A stretch of DNA of 64,000 bases from an uncultured Cytophagia bacterium (GCA_964387285.1 CAYLWO010000023.1:948-64947); one strand, 5' to 3'; positions 18,528 to 29,185 are shown, numbered from the stretch's first letter. Numbers and translations: made by a program. The notes: generated by a model from the sequence alone, not told the origin.

Positions 18528-20351
18528 ATGCGTTTGAACTGGTTGGATTTCACCATCATATTCGTCTATCTGATCGGCGTGAGTTTGATCGGCGTATTTT
18601 TACGCAAACGCGCAGCCAAGAGCGTCAATTCCTATCTGCTGGGCGGCAATGAACTGCCGTGGTATCTGTTGGGTTTGTCCAACGCATCAGGCATGTTCGA
18701 TATCTCGGGCACCATGTGGCTGGTGACCATCATGTTCGTCTATGGCCTGAAGAGCATTTGGCTGCCCTGGCTCTGGCCCACCTTTAACCAGATTTTTCTC
18801 ATGATCTTTTTATCCGCATGGCTGCGTCGCTCCAACGTGCTCACCGGCGCGCAATGGATCGGCACGCGCTTTGGCAAGGGCCGCGACGCCACCCTCTCGC
18901 ACACTATTGTGGTCATCTTTGCTTTGATCAGTTGTTTGGGCTTTATGGCTTACGGTTTTGTCGGTCTGGGCAAGTTCATGATGATTTTCATACCCTGGGA
19001 CATCGTTTCACAGTATGTGCCGTTTCATGTGCCCCTGGAATATGTACCCCATGTTTACGGCATCACGTTCACCATTTTTGCCGTGATCTATACGATTCTC
19101 GGCGGCATGACCAGCATTGTACTGGCCGATCTGGTGCAATATATCATCATGACGGTCAGCAGCATTATCATTGCCGTGATTGCCATGAAAGCTTTGGCCG
19201 GCAGCACCATGACTGTTCCGGAAGGCTGGTACAGTCCCTTCTTTGGCTGGACGCTTAACATCGACTGGTCCGGCATTATTGCCGGTGTGAATGAAAAGAT
19301 GGCCGGTGATCAGTTCAATTTCTTTACCATCATTATGATGCTGATGCTCTTCAAAGGCATACTCTCCAGTGCAGCCGGACCGGCGCCTAATTACGACATG
19401 CAAAAAATTCTCGCCACCCGTTCGCCCAAAGAAGCGGCTAAAATGAGCGGTTTTGTGTCCGTCGTTCTCAATCCGGTTCGTTATCTCATGATCACCGGTT
19501 TTGCCGTACTAGGTCTGGTTTTCTATCACCGGCTCAATTTGCAGGTAGGCGGCAAGATTGATTTCGAACAGATACTGCCTTCTGCCATTAACGAATTTGC
19601 GCCAACCGGATTGATCGGCTTGCTGTTGGCCGGTTTGATGGCCGCGTTTATCGGCACTTTTTCCGGCACGCTCAATGCGGCGCAAGCCTATATCGTCAAT
19701 GATCTCTATCTCAAGTACATCAAGCCGAAGGCCACGGCACGCGAGACCTCGGTGATCAGTTATGTTTCCGGATTGGTGGTGGTCACACTGGGCATCATCA
19801 TCGGTTTTTTTGCGCAGAACGTCAACAGCCTGCTGCAGTGGATCGTCTCCGGACTGTTCGGCAGTTATGTGGCCTCCAATGTGTTGAAGTGGTACTGGTG
19901 GCGATTTAACGGCTATGGTTATTTCTGGGGCATGGTGTTCGGTTTGGCGCCGGCGCTGATTTTTCCTCTTATTTTCAAAACCACTCTCGAGCTCTACTAT
20001 TTTCCCGTGTTGCTGATACTGGCGACCTTTGGCTGCTATCTGGGCTCGTATTTATCCAAACCAACGGACGAAGAGACGCTGATCTCTTTTTATAAAAAAG
20101 TCCGGCCCTGGGGTTTCTGGAAACCGATTTATGAAAAGGTTAAAGCGCAGGAACCTGGTTTTGAGCGCAACAAGAATTTCAAACGCGATATGCTCAATGT
20201 GTTTGTTGGCGTCGTCTGGCAGACCGCGCTGGTGGCGTTGCCGATTTATATTGTGTTGATGAAGTGGATGCCCACTCTCCTGTGCCTGGTCATCACGGTC
20301 TTGACCAGCTGGTTCCTGAAAAAGAACTGGCTGGATAAACTGGAGGATTAA
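18528..20351 (+). CDS. Sodium:solute symporter (SSS family) transporter
   Basis: It has about 13-14 predicted transmembrane helices and an SSS-type N-terminus (FTIIFVYLIGVSLIGVF...YLLGGNELPW). Confidence 0.8.
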   Translation: MRLNWLDFTIIFVYLIGVSLIGVFLRKRAAKSVNSYLLGGNELPWYLLGLSNASGMFDISGTMWLVTIMFVYGLKSIWLPWLWPTFNQIFLMIFLSAWLRRSNVLTGAQWIGTRFGKGRDATLSHTIVVIFALISCLGFMAYGFVGLGKFMMIFIPWDIVSQYVPFHVPLEYVPHVYGITFTIFAVIYTILGGMTSIVLADLVQYIIMTVSSIIIAVIAMKALAGSTMTVPEGWYSPFFGWTLNIDWSGIIAGVNEKMAGDQFNFFTIIMMLMLFKGILSSAAGPAPNYDMQKILATRSPKEAAKMSGFVSVVLNPVRYLMITGFAVLGLVFYHRLNLQVGGKIDFEQILPSAINEFAPTGLIGLLLAGLMAAFIGTFSGTLNAAQAYIVNDLYLKYIKPKATARETSVISYVSGLVVVTLGIIIGFFAQNVNSLLQWIVSGLFGSYVASNVLKWYWWRFNGYGYFWGMVFGLAPALIFPLIFKTTLELYYFPVLLILATFGCYLGSYLSKPTDEETLISFYKKVRPWGFWKPIYEKVKAQEPGFERNKNFKRDMLNVFVGVVWQTALVALPIYIVLMKWMPTLLCLVITVLTSWFLKKNWLDKLED

Positions 20352-20466
20352 AAGAGTCTTGTTTTGATGATCCACGTTGCTTATGTAAGTAAAAATCGTG
20401 AAACAAAAGGGGATACGAATCCTCAGCCCGAATTCCTATCCCCATTATACAGCCACAAAAAACCGG

Positions 20467-23451
20467 CTATCGGCTCAACTTCTGCACATGCTTAAACAAC
20501 TCTTTCTCCGCCTGCAATTTGTCTTCATTGCCGTATACGCAAATCGCATTCTGCCTGAGAATATCTGCCATCATCGGTTGCAAGGATTTTATATCCTGCA
20601 GGGTTACGCCGATGACCTGATCACGCTCCATTTGCAGATCGGCTCGCCGGGTCTTTTCGAAAAAATACCTGACAGCCAGGTCTCCCTTGTCCGATGCTGT
20701 GAGCGGATTGTCCATGGCGGCAATGGTGCCAAGGACGTATCGCGTCATAGCCTTATCTTCCACCTGGAGATTTTCCAGATAATCAGGAATGGCGTCATAG
20801 TTCGCCAATGTTTCTTTCAGATTAGGATCGCGATACGAAAGACAGAGAACGTCTCCGTTTACCGAAATATTGGTAAAGCCGCCGTAAGCGCCGCCGATGA
20901 CGCGCACCCGGTTCTGCAGCCAGTCGGAGGAAAGGATCTGGTCCAAGACGCGCATCCAGCCGGTCCACGCATAGCCCAGCAGCTTGAAATTGTACCCCTT
21001 GGCGACATACTGCACTTTGGACGCCGTTTGAAAGCCTTCGTTGCTTTTTTCCAGTTCGAATTTCCACGGCATCGGAGGATGATGCGCAGCAGGTAGCGCT
21101 GCAGCAAAGGAAGGAAATTCCTTAGCCAAAACAGCCATATCATTTTTGCTGCAGGTGACGGCCGCCGTCAGGTTCTCTTTGGTGAAGAGCAATGAGGCTG
21201 TATTTATCAATTTTTCACTTATCGGGACGAGGTTGGAATCCAGCTTGGCGGCAAGATCCGTTACAAACCGGTAATATTCGATTCCGGAAGTCAGCTCGTT
21301 GAACAGGCCGTTGTTGCTGAAATACGAGACCAGCCGCCGGCGCGCATAACCGAAACCGTTTTGCTTCACGGCAGCATCCAGCCGCGCCTGATGGCGGACC
21401 ATGATTTCTTTTAGCCGCTCGGCGTCGGACAGCCTGGTGTGATTTACGATTTCATTCAGCAGTTCAAACAGTTTGCCGGCCTTGGTGTTCATAATCTTGG
21501 CGCTCACGACGAACCTGGGCGCCAGCAGTGCATCATTTTGATTCTCTAAATAGGAGGAGAGATAAGTGGAAAAACCGCCGGTGTGGATGTTCAAGGCGAC
21601 ATCGAGATCGCCGTAGGCATAGTGTTCCGTGTTTTGGCTGCCGAGCACCTCGGCCAGGAGAGCGGCATACGGTATCAATTCCTGCGGTAAAACGCGCATA
21701 TCGAACAGCATGCGCGCATAGACCACGCCGTTGGTAAATTCCTCATGCCACAGCACCGGAACGCCGGCCAGGGTTTGCGGATTGACATCGTACCAGGATG
21801 CTTGCGGCGTGATGTCGTTACGATCCAGCATGGGAACAGATGCAACGGCTTGCGGCGAATCTTCCCGCTTTTGATGATCAATCAATTCGAGAGTCTCTTT
21901 TACCAGTTTTCCCTTTGCCTGAGCGGAAAGCGTTGCGGCAAATTTGGCGAGTTCTGTTTTTATATTTGCAGCGTTTTCCTTTTCCAATCCCGGTTTCGGC
22001 TGCAGTGTCAAAAACAGCATGTGCGGGTTTTCGATGATATATCTTTTCAGAATCGTTTCAAGATAGTCCGTTGTCAATGCGGTTTTCAAGTGCGCCAGGG
22101 GTTTTTCATATTCCAGCGTCAGGAACGGGTCATCTGCAAAGAACCAGCCCGGGAGAATTTGGAAATTGTAGGTGATTCCTTTTTGCGCATCGTTGCCTTC
22201 GCGCAATTGAAACTCGGTCCGGTTCAGCGCGCCTTCCACGGCCTTCTTATCCAGAGAGTTCCTGACGACGTCGTTTAAAGTCGCCATGACGATATTACGG
22301 AATTTTTCCATGTCAGCCGGATTGGCATTCTGCACCCGGATTTGAAATACATTCTGATGCAGCTCGTCCACAAAGGCGCTCACATCCTGACCGATGCCCG
22401 CCTTGAGCAGCGCCAGCCGCACCGGCCCTGCCTCCTGATTGACCAGCAGATCGCACAGAATGTTCAAAGCCATGGTGGTGGCGCGATCGGTGTTCACGCC
22501 GGCGACCACGCTCATGGTCAGGTAGGTTTGATTTTCCGTCACGCTGCCTTCTGCAGCGGAATAAAAGGCGGTCGTCTCCCTGGGTTGCGTGAACGGCTTT
22601 TGCAGTGGAAAACTGGACGGACGTTTGGCTTGCACGTATTTGGACAAATACTCCTTATCAATGAACGCCAACTCTTTATCCAGGTCCGCATTGCCGTACA
22701 ACATAATATAACTGTTAGCCGGATGGTAGTATTTTTTATAGTATGTAATAAACTGTTCGTAGCTCAATGACGGAATTGCCGGAGGATAGCCGCCGGAAGA
22801 AAAACGGTATCCGTTGTCCGGGAAGAGATTTTTGTTAATGTGATAGCCCAATTCACGCGTGGGACTGGAAAAGGCGCCTTTCATCTCGTTGTAAACGACC
22901 CCTTTGTACACCGGCAGGCTGTCGGCGGATTCCAGTTCGTAATGCCAGCCTTCCTGTTTTAAAATCCGTTCGTCGCTGAGAATGAGCGGGTTAAAAACCG
23001 CATCGAGATACACGTGCATCACATTAAAATAATCCTTATCGTTCATGCTGGCGAACGGATAGCAGGTCAGATCATTGCCGGTGAAGGCGTTGAGAAAAGT
23101 GACCAGAGACCCCTTGTTCAGAATATCGAACGGGCTTTTCACAGGAAAATTTTTCGAACCGTTCAGTACCGAGTGTTCCATGATATGCGGCGTACCGGCA
23201 TCAGATTCCGGATCCGTTTTAAAGGCGATGCTGAATGTTTTATTGGGATCATCCACCGCCATTTTCAGCAGCCGACTGCCGCTCTTTACGTGCTCAAAGT
23301 ACAGGCATTCGGCGTTCACTTCTTTGACAAAACGTTTTTCAAGCAATTTGAATCCATGCATGACAGAACCTTGTCTTATTTCACCGGCGAAAAGAAGATG
23401 GAAGGTAAGCACAACTCCGAGAAGGATTAAAGTACAAAGCTGGTTTTTCAT
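20467..23451 (-). CDS. M16-family zinc metallopeptidase, long two-domain (PreP/insulinase-like) form, exported
   Basis: It has a signal peptide and an inverted zinc motif HIMEH...E (HxxEH). Its 994-aa length is typical of M16C. Confidence 0.85.
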   Translation of the reverse strand: MKNQLCTLILLGVVLTFHLLFAGEIRQGSVMHGFKLLEKRFVKEVNAECLYFEHVKSGSRLLKMAVDDPNKTFSIAFKTDPESDAGTPHIMEHSVLNGSKNFPVKSPFDILNKGSLVTFLNAFTGNDLTCYPFASMNDKDYFNVMHVYLDAVFNPLILSDERILKQEGWHYELESADSLPVYKGVVYNEMKGAFSSPTRELGYHINKNLFPDNGYRFSSGGYPPAIPSLSYEQFITYYKKYYHPANSYIMLYGNADLDKELAFIDKEYLSKYVQAKRPSSFPLQKPFTQPRETTAFYSAAEGSVTENQTYLTMSVVAGVNTDRATTMALNILCDLLVNQEAGPVRLALLKAGIGQDVSAFVDELHQNVFQIRVQNANPADMEKFRNIVMATLNDVVRNSLDKKAVEGALNRTEFQLREGNDAQKGITYNFQILPGWFFADDPFLTLEYEKPLAHLKTALTTDYLETILKRYIIENPHMLFLTLQPKPGLEKENAANIKTELAKFAATLSAQAKGKLVKETLELIDHQKREDSPQAVASVPMLDRNDITPQASWYDVNPQTLAGVPVLWHEEFTNGVVYARMLFDMRVLPQELIPYAALLAEVLGSQNTEHYAYGDLDVALNIHTGGFSTYLSSYLENQNDALLAPRFVVSAKIMNTKAGKLFELLNEIVNHTRLSDAERLKEIMVRHQARLDAAVKQNGFGYARRRLVSYFSNNGLFNELTSGIEYYRFVTDLAAKLDSNLVPISEKLINTASLLFTKENLTAAVTCSKNDMAVLAKEFPSFAAALPAAHHPPMPWKFELEKSNEGFQTASKVQYVAKGYNFKLLGYAWTGWMRVLDQILSSDWLQNRVRVIGGAYGGFTNISVNGDVLCLSYRDPNLKETLANYDAIPDYLENLQVEDKAMTRYVLGTIAAMDNPLTASDKGDLAVRYFFEKTRRADLQMERDQVIGVTLQDIKSLQPMMADILRQNAICVYGNEDKLQAEKELFKHVQKLSR

Positions 23452-23572
23452 AAAGAATCTCCAAATAAATTACGTGTTAAAATAATCATAAAGCTTTCGA
23501 AAATCAAGCTAGATAGTTGTGTAGCGAATCAGGCATGAATTCCACGAAGTAAATAGATGGCCTAAAATAGAG

Positions 23573-26032
23573 TTATTCGCACCTCAACGCCTCCACCGGG
23601 TTGGTCCTGGCGGCGCGTATGGTTTGCCAGCCTATGGTTCCTATTGCTATTATCAGAGCCAGTCCGCCGGCTAAAGCAAACATCCACCAGCTGGTATCGA
23701 TTCTATAAGCAAAATTTTGCAGCCATCTGTTCATAACGTACCAGGCAACCGGCCAGGCGATGAGATTGGCCGCGATCACCCACCTGATGAATTCCTTGGA
23801 CAGTTTGATCGTTAACTGGACCATCGAAGCGCCCAACACTCGGCGTATGCCGGTCTCTTTGGTTCTTTGTTCTATGGTAAATGACGCCAGACCCAGCAAT
23901 CCCAAACAGGCAATGGCTATCGCCAGGGCGGAAAAGGCGGTAAACAGTTTGCCGATTCGTTTTTCCGTATTATAGAGTTTGTCATATTCGACATCGAAGA
24001 AAAAGTATTCAAACGGCTTGTTGGGAATGAATTTATTCCAGATCTTTTCTATAAAGGCGACGGTGGCCATGACATTTTGCGGATGTATACGAACGGCGAT
24101 ATAGGTTCGCGATTGTCTTTGCAGAACCAGTACCATGGGGGCAATGTTATGATACAGAGATTCATAGTGAAAATCCTGCACAACGCCGATGATAGGTACA
24201 AAGAAATTTGCATCGTTGGGAAATCCGATGCGTTTTCCGACATAGGGTCTTTCATAGCCGAGCAGTTTGCCGGCAGCCTCGTTTATGACCACCGCAACAG
24301 TATCCGAAGCAATCTGCGGAGAAAAAAAGCGCCCTTCCAGCAATTCGAATTTCATGGTTTCGGCAAAATTGAAATCGCCATTGAGAATATTAAACTGCAG
24401 CCGCTCTCCATGCGAGCCGCCATCGGCAACGCCGACAAAATCCTCAAAATCCTTTCCCGGCAGGTTGCTTATGCCGGCTATGGAAATTATATTGGGATTT
24501 TGCAGCAAATCCGTTTTAAATACGTCAAAAACGGTTGCAGGCCCAATTGGCGCCTGCGGCGTGCCGTCAGCATTCTGTCCAACGGCCCAGCCGCGTTTAA
24601 TGACCAGTATGTTTTCCTTGTCGAATCCCAGGCGCTTGTTTTGTATATAACGCAATTGCTGATAAACAATAAAGGTACCGACCAGCAAAGCGATCGAAAT
24701 GGCAAATTGAAAAACAACGAGCGCGCTGCGCATATGGGAATTTCCTGACGTCCCCCGGGTACTGCTTTTTTTCAACACCTCGATGGGTTTAAAGGAGGCA
24801 AGATAAAAAGCCGGATAACTTCCCGCCAGGACGCCAACCACAAGAACGACGACCAGTAAAACGGGCGCAAAAAACCAATGAGAAAAATAAGCAAAGGTCA
24901 ATTGTTTTCCCGCCAGGTTGTTAAAGCAAGGCAACAAAAGCTTGACGCATATCAAAGAACCCATCAGTGCAACAGCGGCAAAGAGAACTGATTCAAGCAG
25001 GAACTGATACACCAATTGGGATTTAAAAGATCCGATCGCCTTGCGTACGCCAATTTCCCTGCTGCGGGTGCAGGATTTGGCAGTGGAAAGATTCATGAAA
25101 TTTATGCACGCAAGTAAAAGTATGAACAGGGCTACAAATGAAATGATATAAACATATTTTATATCACTGTTGGGCTCCAGTTCTCTGGAAATGTGCGAAT
25201 GCAGGTGAATGGATGTAAGCGGCTGCAAATAGAATTCGATTTTACCGCCGGATTGGTAGAATTGAGCCAGGGTCATCTTGGTCCTTCTTTCAATATGCGG
25301 CGCGACAAATTTTTCGATCAGAGAAGGAAATTTTGCTTCAAGCTGTCTGGGGGAACAATCCTTTTGCAGCACGATATAGGTATACATATAATGAGCCAGC
25401 CAGAATCCCGGGTATTTCCATTCCCAGGAAGATAACGGACAAAGCATGCCGTAATGAAAATGAGAATTTACCGGTGCATTTTCGATAATGCCGGATATGC
25501 GGTAAGGTGTGCCGTCCTCATAATTGACGATTTTACCAACAGCATCTGCGAGGTTGCTAAAGTATTTTTCGGCTGTTGCCCTGGTCATGACCACGGTATG
25601 ATGATCTTTAAGCGCGGTTTTCATATCCCCATAGAGCATGCGCACAGGGAAAACATCAAAAAAAGTTGAATCCACCCATAAGAATTGTGTTTCATTAAAG
25701 GTTTTGTCCTGATAACGAACCAGCATATTGGGTGTAGGGACGATGCGCGTCGCCTGGAGTACTTCCGGATATTCCCTTACCAGGGTTCCGGCCATTAATT
25801 CTGAGGTGACCGCCTCGTCCAGGTCTTGATTGCCAAACCTACTTTTAACAGCCACGCGGTAAATTTGCTCCGCTTTTTCATAATGGGTGTCATAACTCAA
25901 TTCGTCAAGGACAAACAACACGATTAACAGACAGCAGGTCATGCCGATAGTAAGCCCGACAATATTGATGACAGAATAGGTCTTTTGCTTTAACAAATTC
26001 CTGAAAGCGATTTTCAAATAGTTTTTATACAT
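23573..26032 (-). CDS. FtsX/MacB-like ABC transporter permease with two FtsX domains (no adjacent ATPase gene)
   Basis: Its N-terminus (MYKNYLKIAFRNLLKQK) is typical of this family. It has 4+4 transmembrane helices with large periplasmic domains. The start is placed at the ATG at 26032 preceded by AGGAG; the ORF track extends to 26080. Confidence 0.8.
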   Translation of the reverse strand: MYKNYLKIAFRNLLKQKTYSVINIVGLTIGMTCCLLIVLFVLDELSYDTHYEKAEQIYRVAVKSRFGNQDLDEAVTSELMAGTLVREYPEVLQATRIVPTPNMLVRYQDKTFNETQFLWVDSTFFDVFPVRMLYGDMKTALKDHHTVVMTRATAEKYFSNLADAVGKIVNYEDGTPYRISGIIENAPVNSHFHYGMLCPLSSWEWKYPGFWLAHYMYTYIVLQKDCSPRQLEAKFPSLIEKFVAPHIERRTKMTLAQFYQSGGKIEFYLQPLTSIHLHSHISRELEPNSDIKYVYIISFVALFILLLACINFMNLSTAKSCTRSREIGVRKAIGSFKSQLVYQFLLESVLFAAVALMGSLICVKLLLPCFNNLAGKQLTFAYFSHWFFAPVLLVVVLVVGVLAGSYPAFYLASFKPIEVLKKSSTRGTSGNSHMRSALVVFQFAISIALLVGTFIVYQQLRYIQNKRLGFDKENILVIKRGWAVGQNADGTPQAPIGPATVFDVFKTDLLQNPNIISIAGISNLPGKDFEDFVGVADGGSHGERLQFNILNGDFNFAETMKFELLEGRFFSPQIASDTVAVVINEAAGKLLGYERPYVGKRIGFPNDANFFVPIIGVVQDFHYESLYHNIAPMVLVLQRQSRTYIAVRIHPQNVMATVAFIEKIWNKFIPNKPFEYFFFDVEYDKLYNTEKRIGKLFTAFSALAIAIACLGLLGLASFTIEQRTKETGIRRVLGASMVQLTIKLSKEFIRWVIAANLIAWPVAWYVMNRWLQNFAYRIDTSWWMFALAGGLALIIAIGTIGWQTIRAARTNPVEALRCE

Positions 26033-26093
26033 GATTACTCCTGCACCTGATTCAGACTGCAGCACAACTCTACAGCGCAAGTTTTACTGGCCA

Positions 26094-26126
26094 AGACCTC
26101 ACAGGTTTTAAAAACCTGTGAGGTCT
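26094..26126. repeat. 33-nt perfect palindrome AGACCTCACAGGTTTT-A-AAAACCTGTGAGGTCT (copy 1)
   Basis: Its 16-nt arms are exact reverse complements. A second copy lies at 33074-33106. Confidence 0.8.
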
Positions 26127-26168
26127 AAATCGCAAAATAAAGCTGTAGTAATAATCACCTTCATTAAA

Positions 26169-26184
26169 GGCAAAAACCTTGCCA
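26169..26184 (-). promoter_or_regulatory. Sigma-54-like promoter candidate (TGGCAA-N5-TTGC) upstream of the FtsX permease
   Basis: The minus strand reads TTTTGGCAAGGTTTTTGCCTTT with GG-N10-GC spacing. It lies about 138 nt upstream of the ATG at 26032. The -24 element is a weaker variant (TGGCAA). Confidence 0.35.
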
Positions 26185-26275
26185 AAAAAAATGACGCTAA
26201 CCTATTGAAAAATATCTATAATAATTTGAGGGGCATTACTCAAACGTTTCAATAAACGTTCAATTCCGAACATTC

Positions 26276-26292
26276 TGGTACGTTTTGTACCT
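26276..26292. promoter_or_regulatory. Third copy of the TGGTAC-N5-GTACCA 17-mer (TGGTACGTTTTGTACCT)
   Basis: It matches the site at 1108-1124 at 14 of 17 positions and the site at 1129-1145 (reverse) at 16 of 17. It lies about 95 bp upstream of the sigma-54-like element at 26169-26184. Confidence 0.35.
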
Positions 26293-26439
26293 TTTGGCGG
26301 CTAGATGGAAGGAAATCAAATGGCTTTGCAGTAATTGATGTCTGGGAAAAGAGCTTTTATTAGCTCCGTAAAGACCGATCACTGGAATTATGACAGTCGA
26401 TAATAATTTATATAAATCTGTTAATAAGATTCGAAAAAT

Positions 26440-28875
26440 TCAACCCAACACCACTTCCACTTTATGCACCACGCCTGCCTCCTGCACGGGCACCATGTTG
26501 CCCGGTGTCTTGACGCCGTTAACCGTCAGTTCCTTGACGCCGCCATTAACACCATGCGGATTGCGGATGTGAATGTGATATTCGGCGCCGCGATATTTGC
26601 GAACTATTGTAAACTCGCGCCAGGTTTTCGGAATGCAGGGATCGATTTGCAAACCGTCGTAATCCGGACGAATGCCGAGAATGTATTGCGTGATGGCGTA
26701 ATAGTTCCACGCTGCCGTGCCCGTGAGCCAGGAATTCTTGGCCTCGCCGGGTTTGAAAGCGTCCTTGCCGGCAATCATCTGCGCGTAAACATACGGTTCG
26801 GTGCGATGCAGATCGCTGATCTCTTCCAGATAAGAGGGTGCGATCTTGCGCCAGTATGCAAACGCCTCATCCCCGCGGCCGATCATGGTCTCGGCTATCA
26901 TGATCCAGGGATTGTTGTGGCAGAAGATGCCGGCGTTTTCCTTATAGCCGGCCGGATAGGTGGAAATCTCGCCCATGTTAACATGATAACAGGTAAAAGC
27001 CGGATTGTTCAAGACAATGCCATAGGGACAGTCGAGATATTTTTTCACCGCATCCAGCGCGGTTTGCGCCCGGCCGTCCTCAACGCCGATGCCGGCCATG
27101 ATGCAAAAGCCCTGGGGCTCGATGAATATCCTGCCCTCTTCGCATTCGCGGCTGCCGATCTTTTTGCCGTAATAGTCATAGGCGCGCAAAAACCACTCGC
27201 CGTCCCAGCCGGCAACATCCACCGCGCGATTCATATCATCCACATGCTTTTGCGCGCGCTCAGCTTCGTGGTCTTTGCCAAGCAGGCGACAGAGCCGCAC
27301 ATACTCTCGACCATAGAGCACAAACAGGCCGGCGATAAAAACCGATTCGGCCACGCCGCCTTTTTTGTTCTCGGTCGTTTGAAAGGACTCATCCGGATTA
27401 GTGGAAAAACAGTTCAGATTCAGACAATCGTTCCAGTCGGCGCGGCCGATCAGCGGCAATCCGTGCGGGCCCAGATTGTTGATGACATGATTGAAAGAGC
27501 GGGTCAGGTGTTCAAACAACGAGGCTGCGGCCGTGACGTCGTTGTCGAACGGCGTCAGTTCATCGAGAATGGTGAAATCACCGGTCTCTTTGATATAGGC
27601 GGTGACGGACAGAATCAACCACAACGGGTCGTCGTTGAAATTGCCGCCGACCTCGAAATTGCCGCGTTTGGTCAGCGGTTGATACTGATGATAGGCGCCG
27701 CCGTCCTCGAATTGCGTGGCGGCAATGTCCAGAATGCGCTGTTTGGCGCGTTCCGGTATCTGGTGTACAAAGCCGACCAGGTCCTGATTGGAATCGCGAA
27801 AGCCCATGCCGCGGCCGATGCCGCTTTCAAAATAGGAAGCGCTGCGCGACATGTTAAAGGTGACCATGCACTGATACTGATTCCAGATGTTGACCATGCG
27901 ATCTAATTTTTCATCGCCGCTTTGAACCTGATAGATGGAAAGCAAGTCATCCCAGTATTTACGCAATGCCGTCAACTCTGTTGCTACCTTTTGCGCACTG
28001 TCGCAACGGCTCATCAGGCCTCTGGCTTTGGTTTTATTGATAACGCCCTTGCTTTCCCACTTTTCATCCGATTCATTCTCCACGTAACCGAGGACGAAAA
28101 TCATCGCCTTTTCTTCTCCCGGTTCAAGAGTGACAGCGAGACGATGTGAAGCGATTGGCGACCAGCCGTGCGCGTGCGAATGGCCGGACTTATCCGCAAA
28201 TACTGTTTGCGGATGATTCAGACCGTTGTACAGTCCCAGAAAACTCTCGCGATCCGTATCGAAACCGGCGATGGGCTGATTGACCCAGTAAAAGGCGTAA
28301 TGGTTTCTGCGTTCCTTGTATTCGGTTTTATGATACAGCGCCGAGCCGTCGATCTCGACCTCGCCGGTCGAAAAGTTGCGCTGAAAATTGGTCATGTCAT
28401 CCAGCGCATTCCACAGAGTCCACTCTAAAAATGAAAAAAGCGAAAATGTTTTACGCATCTTGGATTTATTTTTCAATACAACCTGGTGGATCTCGCCGGC
28501 GAACTGCAGAGGCACAAAAAACAACACCTGCGCACTCAGCAAATTCTTTTCTCCGGTAATGCGGGTATAACCCAAGCCGTGCTGACACTGATAAGCGTCC
28601 AATTCGGTCTGCACCGGTTGCCAGCCCGGATTCCAGACACAACCGTTTTCATTGATGTAAAAATATCGGCCGTTGGCATCCAGTGGAATATTGTTGTAAC
28701 GGTAACGGGTAATGCGACGCAATCGGGCATCTTTATAAAAACAATAGCCGCCGCTGGTGTTGGAAATAATGGAAAAAAAATCCTCCTGCCCGAGATAGTT
28801 GATCCACGGATAAGGTGTGCGGGGATCGTTGATGACATATTCCCTATTTGCATCGTCAAAATGACCGAATTTCAT
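26440..28875 (-). CDS. GH94 cellobiose phosphorylase
   Basis: It is 811 aa and matches cellobiose phosphorylases along its full length ([25 protein letters not shown]; [11 protein letters not shown]; [39 protein letters not shown]; [15 protein letters not shown]; GIFCHNNPW). The ATG is preceded by GGAGG. Confidence 0.85.
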   Translation of the reverse strand: MKFGHFDDANREYVINDPRTPYPWINYLGQEDFFSIISNTSGGYCFYKDARLRRITRYRYNNIPLDANGRYFYINENGCVWNPGWQPVQTELDAYQCQHGLGYTRITGEKNLLSAQVLFFVPLQFAGEIHQVVLKNKSKMRKTFSLFSFLEWTLWNALDDMTNFQRNFSTGEVEIDGSALYHKTEYKERRNHYAFYWVNQPIAGFDTDRESFLGLYNGLNHPQTVFADKSGHSHAHGWSPIASHRLAVTLEPGEEKAMIFVLGYVENESDEKWESKGVINKTKARGLMSRCDSAQKVATELTALRKYWDDLLSIYQVQSGDEKLDRMVNIWNQYQCMVTFNMSRSASYFESGIGRGMGFRDSNQDLVGFVHQIPERAKQRILDIAATQFEDGGAYHQYQPLTKRGNFEVGGNFNDDPLWLILSVTAYIKETGDFTILDELTPFDNDVTAAASLFEHLTRSFNHVINNLGPHGLPLIGRADWNDCLNLNCFSTNPDESFQTTENKKGGVAESVFIAGLFVLYGREYVRLCRLLGKDHEAERAQKHVDDMNRAVDVAGWDGEWFLRAYDYYGKKIGSRECEEGRIFIEPQGFCIMAGIGVEDGRAQTALDAVKKYLDCPYGIVLNNPAFTCYHVNMGEISTYPAGYKENAGIFCHNNPWIMIAETMIGRGDEAFAYWRKIAPSYLEEISDLHRTEPYVYAQMIAGKDAFKPGEAKNSWLTGTAAWNYYAITQYILGIRPDYDGLQIDPCIPKTWREFTIVRKYRGAEYHIHIRNPHGVNGGVKELTVNGVKTPGNMVPVQEAGVVHKVEVVLG

Positions 28876-29185
28876 GCATGGCCTCCATAATTACAGCCGG
28901 ATCGATTTTACTTTTCCCATAATATACGGCACAGGAATTTAAAATCAAAAAAATATCGAGACGCTTCCATCGCTCAAGCCTTTACATGTCAAACAATGCC
29001 CAATCGGATAAGCCGGGATGAAATGTCGGACACCTCAAGGTACTGTCGCAATAGGCAGAACAACCCCGGGGGCGCGTTTTTTACGACCCCGGGTTTCTTA
29101 ACTCATTGATTATGCGTCGAGAGACCCCCGGAGTGGCCGCAAAAAACGTGGCCGCATCCGGGGTCTGGACCTGGCTTGGTATTAC

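Noticed and set aside
26464-27906. A 480-aa plus-strand ORF inside the GH94 gene
   Set aside because: It is antisense to a confidently identified cellobiose phosphorylase and has no motifs. The same reasoning applies to 40739-41488 (antisense to lysS), 46022-47029 (antisense to clpC), 13178-14068 (antisense to the LacI-family gene), 15894-16745 (antisense to the GH26 gene) and 43448-44284 (antisense to the second lolC/E paralogue).
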